Origin: Candidatus Altimarinota bacterium
Lineage (GTDB): Bacteria; Patescibacteriota; Gracilibacteria; CAIRYL01
Assembly (NCBI GenBank): GCA_965250085.1
Contig: OZ252287.1
Location: forward strand, 608,001 to 672,000
DNA length: 64,000 nt
Reading direction: 5' to 3'
Shown here: in pieces, positions 50,908 through 61,063 of the stretch
Position numbering within the stretch: position 1 is the first letter of the stretch
How the letters are laid out: every line of letters begins with the position of its first letter
Notes under the pieces: model-generated
Database searches by the model: none
Seen by the model: only the letters and a program-made list of their open reading frames with translations
Told to the model about the DNA's origin: nothing
Translations under genes and position numbers: made by a program

Positions 50908-50925
50908 GTATGGAAAAACAGAGTA

Positions 50926-52524
50926 TTAGAACGCTTTTGACACATAGCACTTTTTACAATAAACCGCTTCTGGTCGATCTTTTGCATATGTTGTGCGAAT
51001 GATTTTTCTACAATTCCTGCATTCTCTGTCATGGAGTTTTCTGGGATTCCTTTGATCAAATCTCATTTTATGTCGAACTTCTGGATGTAGATTGGGGATT
51101 GGCAAGTTCATGGTTTGATAGAATTCTAATTCTTTCTTCTGCAAGAGAAATGGCTTTTTAGATTTTTCACAAATGATCACTGCATTTGAAGGTTTTTCTG
51201 AAATATCCTGTATTGTATTTTCCTTCCACTTCCAACCTTTCATAATAACCTCGTCCTTCTTCATAGGCAAATATTCATATGAAACTGTTTCATTATATGA
51301 GAAGGGAGAAGTATGAATCGGGAAAAATTCACCCCATTCTCTTGCCTGAGTCATGTGTTTTATTATTTGCGAAACCAATTCTTCATACTTTTTTTTCGTG
51401 TATTGTGTATTGAAAATACAATATTTCTTATTTTTTAGTCCTACGCATCCAAATAAATATGAACTATTGTAACAATATTGGCAATATGATGAATTCTGCA
51501 AATAACGCCCAAAATAGCAGCATTTACAATTATGGAACCCCGTTGTGCCATTAAGTTCATAGCAAAGCTCTGCTCCACTCCCACTGTAGGAGCAACGATG
51601 CATATCCTTGGCTCCATCTCCACAAGTATCGCAATGCTGACTGTTTTGCATGTCTAAACAATCATAGCACTCATATAAATCCTTGCACTGATCTATATAA
51701 TCTCCAGTTACATTCTCGTTTTTAACCCCATGCATATATTTATGAGGGATTCGAAGAGCGATCGCATCACGTTTGTTTTTCCATTCTTTAATTTTTGAGA
51801 GAGTGAGCTTAAGAGTTTGCATTTTTTGCTCATACTCTTTTTTTGAGAATTGTTTATTTTCGAATACATATTTCTGATTTCTAAGTCCTGCTGAACAAAA
51901 ACAGTTCTTACATCCAGTACAGTTTTTTAAGAAATAGCTATTGGCACACCCATTACAATCTTGAGAAAAAAACAAACTGTATCCTTGAAAGCAATCTATA
52001 CACTCATAACAGAGCTCGCACTGAATGCATTTGGTTACATCTACACATGATTTGCACCATGCTGCCGTATGGCTGTAATAAACATCTTCTGAATAAAAGC
52101 AGAGAGCTAAATAGCAGGATGTATTATTCCCTCCATAATTCACATACTCACAATTTTCTGAAGTTCCATCTTGCATAAGGGCTACATGGGGAATAGATTT
52201 TTGAAATTCAGAAAATTGATCAAAAAATGATCTACTAAAATCAAATTTTCTGCCGTAATTCATAGGATCCCACTTGTCACTCCACCAGCACTCAGAGCAA
52301 TAAGGCATATATTGTGAATTTATGTCGAAAACAGAAATCATTGATTTTTTGCACAAATTACATTGATGTTTATAGAGATTGCGTTCGTTGCGAAATGCAT
52401 TGCGCCTTTGTCGGGAACAATCGGGGCAACGCGTTGGTTCTGGCACCTCTATTTTTGTATAAAACTCCTGATCTTCAGGAAGTATTTGAAATACTGCCGA
52501 GCAATTTACGCAGGTTTTTTGCAT
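50926..52524 (-). CDS. Cys-rich multi-CxxC protein, paralogue 2
   Basis: Same architecture (WSDKWDP..YGR, EWGEFFP, YNET). Confidence 0.85.
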   Translation of the reverse strand: MQKTCVNCSAVFQILPEDQEFYTKIEVPEPTRCPDCSRQRRNAFRNERNLYKHQCNLCKKSMISVFDINSQYMPYCSECWWSDKWDPMNYGRKFDFSRSFFDQFSEFQKSIPHVALMQDGTSENCEYVNYGGNNTSCYLALCFYSEDVYYSHTAAWCKSCVDVTKCIQCELCYECIDCFQGYSLFFSQDCNGCANSYFLKNCTGCKNCFCSAGLRNQKYVFENKQFSKKEYEQKMQTLKLTLSKIKEWKNKRDAIALRIPHKYMHGVKNENVTGDYIDQCKDLYECYDCLDMQNSQHCDTCGDGAKDMHRCSYSGSGAELCYELNGTTGFHNCKCCYFGRYLQNSSYCQYCYNSSYLFGCVGLKNKKYCIFNTQYTKKKYEELVSQIIKHMTQAREWGEFFPIHTSPFSYNETVSYEYLPMKKDEVIMKGWKWKENTIQDISEKPSNAVIICEKSKKPFLLQKKELEFYQTMNLPIPNLHPEVRHKMRFDQRNPRKLHDRECRNCRKIIRTTYAKDRPEAVYCKKCYVSKAF

Positions 52525-52528
52525 TGAA

Positions 52529-53191
52529 TCATAGTGACTTTTTCACCTTGTAGCTCAAGTACATAAATGGTGTGTCTAAAAGCACCATACAAATTTTAAA
52601 TATATAAGCAGCAATCATCATTTGCCATAAATTTTCATGTATTCCATAAAAAGCAATGGGATAGAAAATCAAAACATCAATCAACTGAGTTGTCAGGGTG
52701 CTGCCACAATTCCGAAGCCAGAGCTTCTTTCCTCGTGTCATTGTTTTTATTTTATGAAACCACCAGATATCAAAGTGTTGCTCTACAGCAAACATAATAA
52801 GAGCGGCTATGACAATGCGAGAGGAAACTTCTAGAAGTGATTTTATATATGGCTGAATAAAGTCTCCTGCGACAGGAGTGAAGAAAACGATCATTTGCTG
52901 AAGAAGTCCAATGATTACTATGATAGCAATAATTAGCCAAACGAGTTCTTGCGCTGCTTTTTTCCCCCAATGTTCGGCAATGACATCGGTAGAAAAAAAT
53001 AAAGTTGCATAGATAAGTTCCCCAAAAAGAAAAACAAATCCAAAAATTTTGATGGTGAAGGGGGCGAGAAATAATGCCAGAACTGCCAAGGCACTTAGAT
53101 ATCCGAAAAATATAGCCTTTCCAAAACGAAATGCCATCAAGGCGAGTGATAACAAAGTAATTATTATGGTGACTATAAGCAATAGGTCCAT
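52529..53191 (-). CDS. Queuosine precursor transporter (YhhQ/Vut_1 family)
   Basis: TDVIAEHWG, RIVIA, WLRNCGST..QLID..IF..IAF and DTPF. Confidence 0.85.
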   Translation of the reverse strand: MDLLLIVTIIITLLSLALMAFRFGKAIFFGYLSALAVLALFLAPFTIKIFGFVFLFGELIYATLFFSTDVIAEHWGKKAAQELVWLIIAIIVIIGLLQQMIVFFTPVAGDFIQPYIKSLLEVSSRIVIAALIMFAVEQHFDIWWFHKIKTMTRGKKLWLRNCGSTLTTQLIDVLIFYPIAFYGIHENLWQMMIAAYIFKICMVLLDTPFMYLSYKVKKSL

Positions 53192-53209
53192 GTTTTTAGT
53201 GTACATTTC

Positions 53210-54880
53210 TTAAAAAACCTCTGCCATATAACATTTCTCACAATACATTTTTTCTGGTCTCTCTGGTGCATAGGTTGTTTGGATTTCCTTATTGCATTTG
53301 TTGCACTTGCGTTTCCAAAGCTTGCGAGGATTACGAAGAGCCTGCCGATGGACATGTCGTATGTCTGGATGAAAATGGGGAATAGGAAATTTTTGTTTTC
53401 GATAAAACTCGAGTTCTGATTTCTGAATTCGAAAAAGTTTTCTGGATTCCTCACATTCTATAGCCCAGTTCAAAATATCATCAGGAATTTTGTCAATGGT
53501 GTCAGGGAGTTTTGCTGCGGGGATCTTTTTGGTGACATCCGAGAAATCTGGCTCTGGTTCGTCATACCACTTCCAACCTTTTTGAAGAACTTCTTCCTTT
53601 GTGAGAGGAAAATATTCTTGAGCAACAGTTTCATTGTATCCAAATGCAGAGAGTTCTGGTGGAAAAAATTCTCCCCACTCCTCCATTTGCAGCATGTGAT
53701 TTTTTATTTGAGAAAAAATATTTTTGTATTCGTCTTCTGAGTATTGCTTGTTGAGAATACAGTGATGCTTCTGCCTGAGGGAGACACAACCCAGAAGGTC
53801 ATGTACGTTTTGCCAGGAAAAGATAGAATGATAGACATCTACTGCCTGAAACGCCACATAATACGATCCAACTACGTTTTTCAGACCTACTCCGACACCA
53901 GCACTATTATAACAAAGCTCAGTACTGTCTCCCCAAATATTGAGGTCATAGCAGTCATTTACTTTTTTATACATATTGGTGCAAAACTTTGAATCTCGTA
54001 TGTCTCCCGCAGAATCATATATTTCAAAAGAGTTTTGACATCCATTCAGATTGTCACCGCTTGTATTCTGATTCATTGCCCCACGAAATGCCCTCTTCAC
54101 TTGCCGAGCACAAAATACTTCGAATTCTTTTTTGAAATCTTGAATCTTTGAATAATGGTGCAAATCAAATTCTCCTGCTTTCTTTGTATATTCCTCTGGA
54201 GAGTAAGGGATATTAAAAATATGATGCTGTTTTTGATGAAGATTGACACATCCAATACAATTCTTACATCCAATGCAATCGACAAGAAATGCAGATTCCG
54301 TGCAGGTCTTGCAAAAACGGCTAAACTTGAGGTCAAAGCAATTAATACAATTGATACACTCGTAGCAAAGCTCATTATCCCAAAGAAATAAAAAGTCCAT
54401 ACAATTTTTTATTTTTGCAAAAGTTTCTCCATACATACAGTCTTCTGCTTGTTCTCCGTCAAATACTAAGTGGCAGTTTTTGAGACGATACGCATCGTGA
54501 ACATAATCACTGTTAATACAATCCCCCAGAATAATAAGTCCTATTTTGGGAACTTCATCCCAAAGTTCTTTAAACTGGCTAAAAAAAGGGCGATTAAAAT
54601 CAAAATTCCGACCATACTCCATGGGATCCCATTTGTCTCCCCACCAACACTCAGAGCAATACACAGTATACGGTTTATCTGAGGAGTAGATGGTTACCAT
54701 TTGTTTTTTACAAAAATCGCACGCTCTCTTGTGCAAATTTCTCTCATTTCGAAAAGCAAGCCGACGTTGCTGACGACAGTCGGGACAGAGTCTTGGCTCG
54801 AGAACATCTATTTTTGAGTAAAATGCCCGATCTTGATCTGTGATCTCAAAATCTGTGCCGCACTGCTGACATGATTTCAC
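53210..54880 (-). CDS. Cys-rich multi-CxxC protein, paralogue 1
   Basis: Same architecture, GTG start. Confidence 0.85.
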   Translation of the reverse strand: MKSCQQCGTDFEITDQDRAFYSKIDVLEPRLCPDCRQQRRLAFRNERNLHKRACDFCKKQMVTIYSSDKPYTVYCSECWWGDKWDPMEYGRNFDFNRPFFSQFKELWDEVPKIGLIILGDCINSDYVHDAYRLKNCHLVFDGEQAEDCMYGETFAKIKNCMDFLFLWDNELCYECINCINCFDLKFSRFCKTCTESAFLVDCIGCKNCIGCVNLHQKQHHIFNIPYSPEEYTKKAGEFDLHHYSKIQDFKKEFEVFCARQVKRAFRGAMNQNTSGDNLNGCQNSFEIYDSAGDIRDSKFCTNMYKKVNDCYDLNIWGDSTELCYNSAGVGVGLKNVVGSYYVAFQAVDVYHSIFSWQNVHDLLGCVSLRQKHHCILNKQYSEDEYKNIFSQIKNHMLQMEEWGEFFPPELSAFGYNETVAQEYFPLTKEEVLQKGWKWYDEPEPDFSDVTKKIPAAKLPDTIDKIPDDILNWAIECEESRKLFRIQKSELEFYRKQKFPIPHFHPDIRHVHRQALRNPRKLWKRKCNKCNKEIQTTYAPERPEKMYCEKCYMAEVF

Positions 54881-54904
54881 AAGAGAACAGTATCAAAAAA
54901 ACTG

Positions 54905-54965
54905 CTCCCTTGAAAAGGGAGGCTGGGTGGATTTAAATAAATCCCCTTTTTCAAAGGGGAGGGGG
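54905..54965 (+). repeat. REP-like double palindrome
   Basis: CTCCCTTGAAAAGGGAG...TCCCCTTTTTCAAAGGGGA. Confidence 0.7.
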
Positions 54966-54973
54966 AATAAAGA

Positions 54974-55738
54974 CTAGAAAAGTCTTTTTTGAACAAATGC
55001 CATAAAAGCTCCCAACATGAGATATCCATTAAATACTTCTATATCAGCAATAATTTTTGCAGGAATAGTTGCCGGAAATACGTCTCCAAATCCAAGTGTA
55101 GTAAAAGTAGCAATGGAAAAATGGAGTGCATCATACCAATGGATTCCGGTTATAGCATTGGAATGTGTAAGACCTCCTGCAATCAAAAAGAGTGCTGCAT
55201 AAAGAGTAACCGCAAAGAGACATGACATTCCCCATCGAAAAAAACTGAGACTATAGAGAGAGCTTAATTCCCAAATTCTATACGCCAGGAATCTCCCCCA
55301 CTTTGATTCAAATTTATAAAACCTCTTTCGGTATTCCATTTTTTGCAAATGTACTTTTTTGTAAGCGTCCCTGAATTCTTTTCTTCGATAACTTGTTTCA
55401 AGTGTCGTGAAGTGTCTCTCCATAATTTGATAAAATGCTTGTGCTTGATGTTTGAGGATTGGATCTTTTGAATTTGATTTCCACTGATCAAGATATTGCT
55501 GTTCTTGTTTCTCAAAGTACTCCAGCATCATGTCATACAAATGCTTTTCCGATCGGGTTTCATACAGCACATGTCTCTGCAGGGAAATTCTGAGAAGGTA
55601 ATAGTAGTAGGTCCCTCGCGTTTCAAAATCATCTTTATCGAGCTGCTCAAATTTGTCTTCAAAAACACTTCTTGCTTCTTCCAAATGAGCAGAAAGCTCT
55701 TGATTTTCAATAGCCGAAACTGCTTCGTGAATTTTCAA
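54974..55738 (-). CDS. Potassium-channel (Ion_trans_2) domain protein with helical N-terminus
   Basis: FSIATFTTLGFGD pore motif between two TM segments. Confidence 0.8.
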   Translation of the reverse strand: MKIHEAVSAIENQELSAHLEEARSVFEDKFEQLDKDDFETRGTYYYYLLRISLQRHVLYETRSEKHLYDMMLEYFEKQEQQYLDQWKSNSKDPILKHQAQAFYQIMERHFTTLETSYRRKEFRDAYKKVHLQKMEYRKRFYKFESKWGRFLAYRIWELSSLYSLSFFRWGMSCLFAVTLYAALFLIAGGLTHSNAITGIHWYDALHFSIATFTTLGFGDVFPATIPAKIIADIEVFNGYLMLGAFMAFVQKRLF

Positions 55739-55918
55739 AGAGTATATGTTTATATCCGATCATTGTACCAGAAACAAAGAAGAAACTCAATAAAATAAGA
55801 AATAAAAATCTACAGGGTGAAAGAGGATCCTGTCTTTTTCTTACAATACTATCATCAGATTTCTTCTCGCTTTTCTCAAAAAATCATGGAAAAATAAAGC
55901 TCCCTCATTTTTAGAGAC

Positions 55919-57268
55919 ATGGCTGCAAAAAAGCAGAAAATCCCGCCACAAGCACTTGATGCAGAGCGCTCGTTGCTCGGATCAGTTTTGATCGATCCGA
56001 ATGCTCTCATCAAAATAGTAGACATTATTCATCCTGATGATTTTTATTCAGATGTTCATAATAAAATTTACTCAGCAATGGCAGAGCTCAGTACAAAACA
56101 TAAGCCCATTGACCTTATTACGCTGTCTGATCTTTTGGAAGAAAAAAATATTTTAGAATCAATAGGGGGTGCTGGTGTTTTGAGTGAGCTAACGACAGAA
56201 GTGCCATCCGCAAGCCATGTCGTGGAATACGCGCAAATCGTGAAAAAAAAATCTGTTCTGAGAAAAATGATTGTGGCTGGAGATAAAGTAATGGGATTCG
56301 GATATGATGAAGAAAAAGAAACAGAAGATCTTTTGGAATCTGCAGAAAAAGAAGTTTTTAGTATTTCGCAAACTTTTCTGCAGAACAAATTTGTTTCTCT
56401 AAAAGATATCCTGAGTAAGCGATTTGAAGCATTTGCTGAGCTACATGAAGCTGAAGATAAAGATCAGATTCGTGGGATATCCAGTGGATTCAAAAGTCTC
56501 AATAATATTCTGGGGGGATTTCAGGCTTCTGATCTCATTGTCCTTGCTGCCCGTCCTTCCATGGGAAAAACCGCTCTTTCTCTTACATTTGCTTTAAGCG
56601 CTGCTATTGATCACAAAAAAACTATTGGTATCTTTTCACTAGAGATGTCCAAAGAACAATTGGTGGACCGTATGTTTGCTTCCAGGCTCAAAGTTGATTC
56701 TTGGAAACTTCAACGAGGTCGACTTTCTGATGAAGATTTTCAGAAAATGGGACCTGTAATGGATGAACTCTCTTCCATTCCGGTTTACATTGACGATTCT
56801 GTGGGCGCGAGCATTTCAGAACTCAGGGCCAAAGCACGAAGGCTTCAGATGGAACATGGACTGGATATGATCATTATTGATTATCTGCAACTCATGACAA
56901 CGGGCAACTCTGCTTTGATGGGCAACAGAGTACAAGAAATTTCAGAGATCTCACGAAGCCTCAAGGCACTCTCACGTGAGCTCCATATTCCTATTTTGGC
57001 ACTCTCGCAGCTTTCTCGTGGGGTAGAAGCTCGAAACGACAAACGCCCTATTCTCTCTGACCTCAGAGATTCGGGTGCCATCGAGCAAGATGCAGATATT
57101 GTGATGATGCTTTATAGAGATGATTACTATAATGAGGATTCCGACTTTCCTGGCATTACAGAAATTTGGGTTCGAAAACATCGAAATGGACCAATCGGAC
57201 ATATTGACCTTCGATTTGATAAAACTCAAATGAGATTTTACGAACTGGAAAAAACTCGAAGTGAGTAA
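55919..57268 (+). CDS. dnaB: Replicative DNA helicase
   Basis: ARPSMGKT, FSLEM, IDYLQL and LRDSGAIEQDAD. Confidence 0.98.
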   Translation: MAAKKQKIPPQALDAERSLLGSVLIDPNALIKIVDIIHPDDFYSDVHNKIYSAMAELSTKHKPIDLITLSDLLEEKNILESIGGAGVLSELTTEVPSASHVVEYAQIVKKKSVLRKMIVAGDKVMGFGYDEEKETEDLLESAEKEVFSISQTFLQNKFVSLKDILSKRFEAFAELHEAEDKDQIRGISSGFKSLNNILGGFQASDLIVLAARPSMGKTALSLTFALSAAIDHKKTIGIFSLEMSKEQLVDRMFASRLKVDSWKLQRGRLSDEDFQKMGPVMDELSSIPVYIDDSVGASISELRAKARRLQMEHGLDMIIIDYLQLMTTGNSALMGNRVQEISEISRSLKALSRELHIPILALSQLSRGVEARNDKRPILSDLRDSGAIEQDADIVMMLYRDDYYNEDSDFPGITEIWVRKHRNGPIGHIDLRFDKTQMRFYELEKTRSE

Positions 57269-57356
57269 GTTCTTATGGTGTTTCAATAAAATTGCTTGAG
57301 AAAATGAAAAGGTTTTTATTTCAAGATTTTCACTTTTAACTTTCGATTCCCTTAGT

Positions 57357-57833
57357 ATGTATTGTCAGAAGTGTCGACACGAAGTAACAAGAGTGATTGA
57401 TTCTCGCATCACTGATGAAGGTTCTTCTACTCGCAGGAGGCGAGAATGTGAAAAATGCGGATATCGATTTACCACGTTTGAGCGCCGTGAAAGCACGGGG
57501 CTCATTGTGAGCAAAACAAATAATCTCAGAGAACCATTTTCAAGAGAAAAATTGGAAAAAAGTATCTGGACTGCATGTGGCAAAAGACCCGTTACTCGAG
57601 ATGAAGTAGAAAATATGATTTCTGAGCTTGAAGAAAAATGGGGGAACAATCGAGAAATATCATCCAGACGAATTGGAGAAGATGTAATGAAATCTCTCAA
57701 AAAACTTGATCACGTTGCCTACATTCGATTTGCAAGCGTGTACAGAAGTTTTAAAGATGTTGAGGATTTCAAGAAAGAAATTTCAGCTCTTTTTGGAGAT
57801 AAAAACAAGAATACAAAACACAACTCCTCATGA
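57357..57833 (+). CDS. nrdR: Transcriptional repressor NrdR
   Basis: CxxC...VIDSR...RRRECxxC.RFTTFE, ATP cone and VAYIRFASVY. Confidence 0.97.
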   Translation: MYCQKCRHEVTRVIDSRITDEGSSTRRRRECEKCGYRFTTFERRESTGLIVSKTNNLREPFSREKLEKSIWTACGKRPVTRDEVENMISELEEKWGNNREISSRRIGEDVMKSLKKLDHVAYIRFASVYRSFKDVEDFKKEISALFGDKNKNTKHNSS

Positions 57834-58399
57834 ACATTGCACTTCAAACATTGTTGCAAAATTTAAAAGAAGAGGGGGAGAAGAGAAATATTCCGAATAT
57901 CTCTTTTCAAACAGGTGAAATTTTGCAATTCCTCATTCAAATCATAAGAGCAAAAAATGTTCTTGAAATCGGGTGTGCAAATGGGTTTTCTACAATCTTT
58001 CTAGCCGCAGTGGCAGAAAAAATAGGAGGCAAGGTCGTTACATGTGATATCTCCCTTCCAAGTTTTCGCGAAGCTCAAAAAAATGTAAAATCTGCGAGTT
58101 TATCTGACATTGTAGAATTTCGATTTGGGGATGGAAGGAATATATGTATTAAAAAAGAGAATTTTAAATTCATATTTATAGATGCTCAAAAGGATAAAAC
58201 TCATGAATTTTTTGAATATGGAATACGTTTTCTTTCTCCCGATGGAGTTATTTGCATAGATAATGCTCGCAAATTTCCTCAAAAAATGAGTCTGTTCGAT
58301 ACTTTAAAATCACAGACTAAAGATTTTATCTTTTTTGATATTTTCATTAGTGAGCATGATGCTATGACACTTTGTTTTTCTCAAAATACTTCCAAGTAA
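57830..58399 (+). CDS. Class I SAM-dependent O-methyltransferase
   Basis: VLEIGCANGFS, FIDAQK and IDN. Confidence 0.88.
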   Translation: MNIALQTLLQNLKEEGEKRNIPNISFQTGEILQFLIQIIRAKNVLEIGCANGFSTIFLAAVAEKIGGKVVTCDISLPSFREAQKNVKSASLSDIVEFRFGDGRNICIKKENFKFIFIDAQKDKTHEFFEYGIRFLSPDGVICIDNARKFPQKMSLFDTLKSQTKDFIFFDIFISEHDAMTLCFSQNTSK

Positions 58400-58401
58400 T
58401 T

Positions 58402-58929
58402 TTAAGAAGCACAATTTGCTCCTGATTGAGTGCAGGACGTATTGTCCACATAGAGCTCTAAAGTGTCATTCCCTCCTGGTTCAATACGGTTCCAATTCGT
58501 ATTTGAAGGACTGTCTCCTTTTCCAGGACTTGGCACCGCCATATAATCTATGCAACAACCGGGGCCCATATTATATTCACTTGCGTCATATTCCGTAGCA
58601 CCATCTTCAATAACAACTGCCCTATCTTCAAGTGTCCATCTCACATGTCCATCATTTCCAAATCGCCGTCTATTATAATTGGAAAGATTGTCAGAAACCT
58701 GATATCCAGGACCGTGTCCAGAGATGTCGTACATAGATGCTTCAAACATCCCATCCACTATAAAATATGAGGCTTTTGCTTCCTGCGCGAGTTTGTTTTT
58801 ATCAGTAGAGTGGATTATGAGCGTTCCTACACCGATAATGGCAACTGACATCACTGCCACAGAAATAATAGAAATGACAATTGCATTTCCTTTTTTTCGA
58901 GTTTCGTGATTACTTCTTCTAAGATACAT
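58402..58929 (-). CDS. PilX-like minor pilin/pseudopilin, possibly truncated
   Basis: KKG|NAIVISII hydrophobic helix followed by A.Y...G...A.Y. Confidence 0.55.
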   Translation of the reverse strand: MYLRRSNHETRKKGNAIVISIISVAVMSVAIIGVGTLIIHSTDKNKLAQEAKASYFIVDGMFEASMYDISGHGPGYQVSDNLSNYNRRRFGNDGHVRWTLEDRAVVIEDGATEYDASEYNMGPGCCIDYMAVPSPGKGDSPSNTNWNRIEPGGNDTLELYVDNTSCTQSGANCAS

Positions 58930-59088
58930 CTTATGGTTTTTAACAGAGACCAACAGACGCTCCAAAGTATACCGATGAAGTACCAGGAAGAAAAGAGAGT
59001 CTTTTTCTCATACATTATATTCTAAAATTTATCTTGTTTTTTAGGGCCTTTTCAGGTACAATGATGAGAAAACTTAATACAAAAACAT

Positions 59089-60240
59089 ATGACTTCTGAT
59101 GCACAAAATACCCCTGGGGATATCGATCCTGTTTTTGAGCAGATACATGCATTGCAGCAATCTAAATCTGAACAAACGGAAATCTCTGGAGAATCCTCAA
59201 AAGCAATGGAAGAAAATGTTATCCCAGTAGAAAAAAATATTTCAGAAAGGTTAGAAAAAAATGTGGGCGAAGATCAAATAGTCACCAAGGATAAAAACAA
59301 TAGAAGTTTATATGTTCTCACTATGGAAAAAGGAAAGCATTTTTTCCAAAAGATACTACTGGACATTCAGGGTGTAGGGAAAAAAGAAGGAAGCTTTTTT
59401 CATTTTTTACACAAATCGAAAGACAAATCTGCTGAAAACATCCTTATTGAAAATATTTTAAGCCAAGGAAAAGAAGAAGAAGAAAAAACAAAACAAAAAG
59501 AAATACTATATAAAAAAAATGCTTTTGCTGAAGATCGCAAACTCTCTCCAGAGGAAATGGCTCAGCAAAAAACAGAGAGGGGGAAAGCTGAAGAACTTCT
59601 TCGATTTTCGAAAGTTCTTACTCTTGGGATTTTGGTGATTCCTCTCTTTTCATTTCTCTTCAGTGCAATGTTTTTGAGTACTTCTGGATTCTTCTCCACT
59701 CTAGTGGAAGACAAGAATTACGCACTTAACTTTCGGAAAAAAACAGAAGAGCTTCACACTCTCAAGTTATTTGTATCTTCTCAAGAGAAAAAAATTGCCG
59801 ATCTCGAAGGAAAAATTGCGGAAATCAAGGAAAACAAAGTACTTGCGGAGATTGCAGATAACAGAATTCACTGGAGAGAGGTTTTTGAAACTATCAATCG
59901 GATTACAGATACTGCTTTTGAAGGAAATAAAATCAGTAAATATGTAAACTATAGTAATTACTCTGGAAATAGTAAGAATGAAACGATACAAGTAGACGGG
60001 AATGTAAGAAGTCTCGTCGGTGCCAGTTGGCAGGATCTTATTAAGCTTCGAAATGTCCTTTCATCACATGACAGCTTTGAACCAGAAGAAATATATTTCC
60101 GCCAATTTGTGAAACACAAAGCCCAAAACTCTTCACAAATTGCTACTTCAGAATATGTGACACCTTTTAGTCTATCGTTTAAGTACATACGTGAAGATCT
60201 TGAAGAAGGTGGTGAGAACGATTTGCATGCGGCTCCATGA
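59089..60240 (+). CDS. PilN-like alignment protein
   Basis: One TM segment, coiled coil and RIHW..V; in the pilus cluster. Confidence 0.6.
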   Translation: MTSDAQNTPGDIDPVFEQIHALQQSKSEQTEISGESSKAMEENVIPVEKNISERLEKNVGEDQIVTKDKNNRSLYVLTMEKGKHFFQKILLDIQGVGKKEGSFFHFLHKSKDKSAENILIENILSQGKEEEEKTKQKEILYKKNAFAEDRKLSPEEMAQQKTERGKAEELLRFSKVLTLGILVIPLFSFLFSAMFLSTSGFFSTLVEDKNYALNFRKKTEELHTLKLFVSSQEKKIADLEGKIAEIKENKVLAEIADNRIHWREVFETINRITDTAFEGNKISKYVNYSNYSGNSKNETIQVDGNVRSLVGASWQDLIKLRNVLSSHDSFEPEEIYFRQFVKHKAQNSSQIATSEYVTPFSLSFKYIREDLEEGGENDLHAAP

Positions 60241-60303
60241 TAAAAAAGAGAATGCCTTGGTGCGTTCATCTATAATTTATTACTTGTAATTTATAATTTC
60301 TCC

Positions 60304-61038
60304 ATGCTTCCTGTCGACAAACGAAAAGCTGAAATTTACCTCAAAAGAGTTCGCACTCTCCATAAAAATGCATATACCTATTTTGCCCTCGCGGGCATAA
60401 TCGTTTTTAGTACTTTGGTACTTCATTCATACCCGAAATTTCAAGAAATGCAGCAACTCAAAAGTGATATTCGGGAAACTGAAACAAAAATAAATGAACA
60501 GGAAGAAAAGAAGCAACAATTGCAGAAAGAACTTGAAGAAATTGCCGATGAATACGAAATAGTGTTGGAAGAGTGGAAGCCAATTTTAGACCAAGTGCTT
60601 CCTCAGCAAAACCCTACAGATCAAGTGGTTAGATTTTTAGAAGAATTTTCTCTTGCTTCTGATACCAAGAGTCATCCTATGAAGATTGAAAATATTTCGT
60701 TTTCTAGTGCTCTTGAGGAAGAAAGCTACTCTGTACTTCCTTTTCGAATGAGTGTGGAAGCAGATGAATACAATTTCATTCTCTTTTTGGAGCGAGTAAA
60801 AAATTCTGGGTCACTTAAAAAATCTGATTTTTACAAACTCGAACCAGTTCCTATCATGAGCATAGAATCTATAAGTGTTAACCTTCCTGAGCAAAGAATA
60901 AACACTCCTAGAATAATCTCATTAGGAGATGAGGGGCTCGAAGTAGAAACTTTCATATTCACTGTAGAAATGGAGGCGTACTTTCGCGAAGAAGTAAATG
61001 AAGAATCTTCTTCTCCGCCTCTTACTCCTGATGCATAA
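60304..61038 (+). CDS. PilO-like protein
   Basis: TM segment, coiled coil, LP, LPFRMSV...F..FL and IMSIESI. Confidence 0.65.
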   Translation: MLPVDKRKAEIYLKRVRTLHKNAYTYFALAGIIVFSTLVLHSYPKFQEMQQLKSDIRETETKINEQEEKKQQLQKELEEIADEYEIVLEEWKPILDQVLPQQNPTDQVVRFLEEFSLASDTKSHPMKIENISFSSALEEESYSVLPFRMSVEADEYNFILFLERVKNSGSLKKSDFYKLEPVPIMSIESISVNLPEQRINTPRIISLGDEGLEVETFIFTVEMEAYFREEVNEESSSPPLTPDA

Positions 61039-61063
61039 AATTTTATGATTCTTTTTCTTTTCC

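Noticed and set aside
53192-53215. preQ1 riboswitch ahead of yhhQ
   Set aside because: There are only about 18 nt between the genes and no aptamer motif.
49249-54880. Multiheme cytochromes or ferredoxins
   Set aside because: There is no recurring CxxCH or canonical CxxCxxCxxxCP pattern, and no signal peptide.
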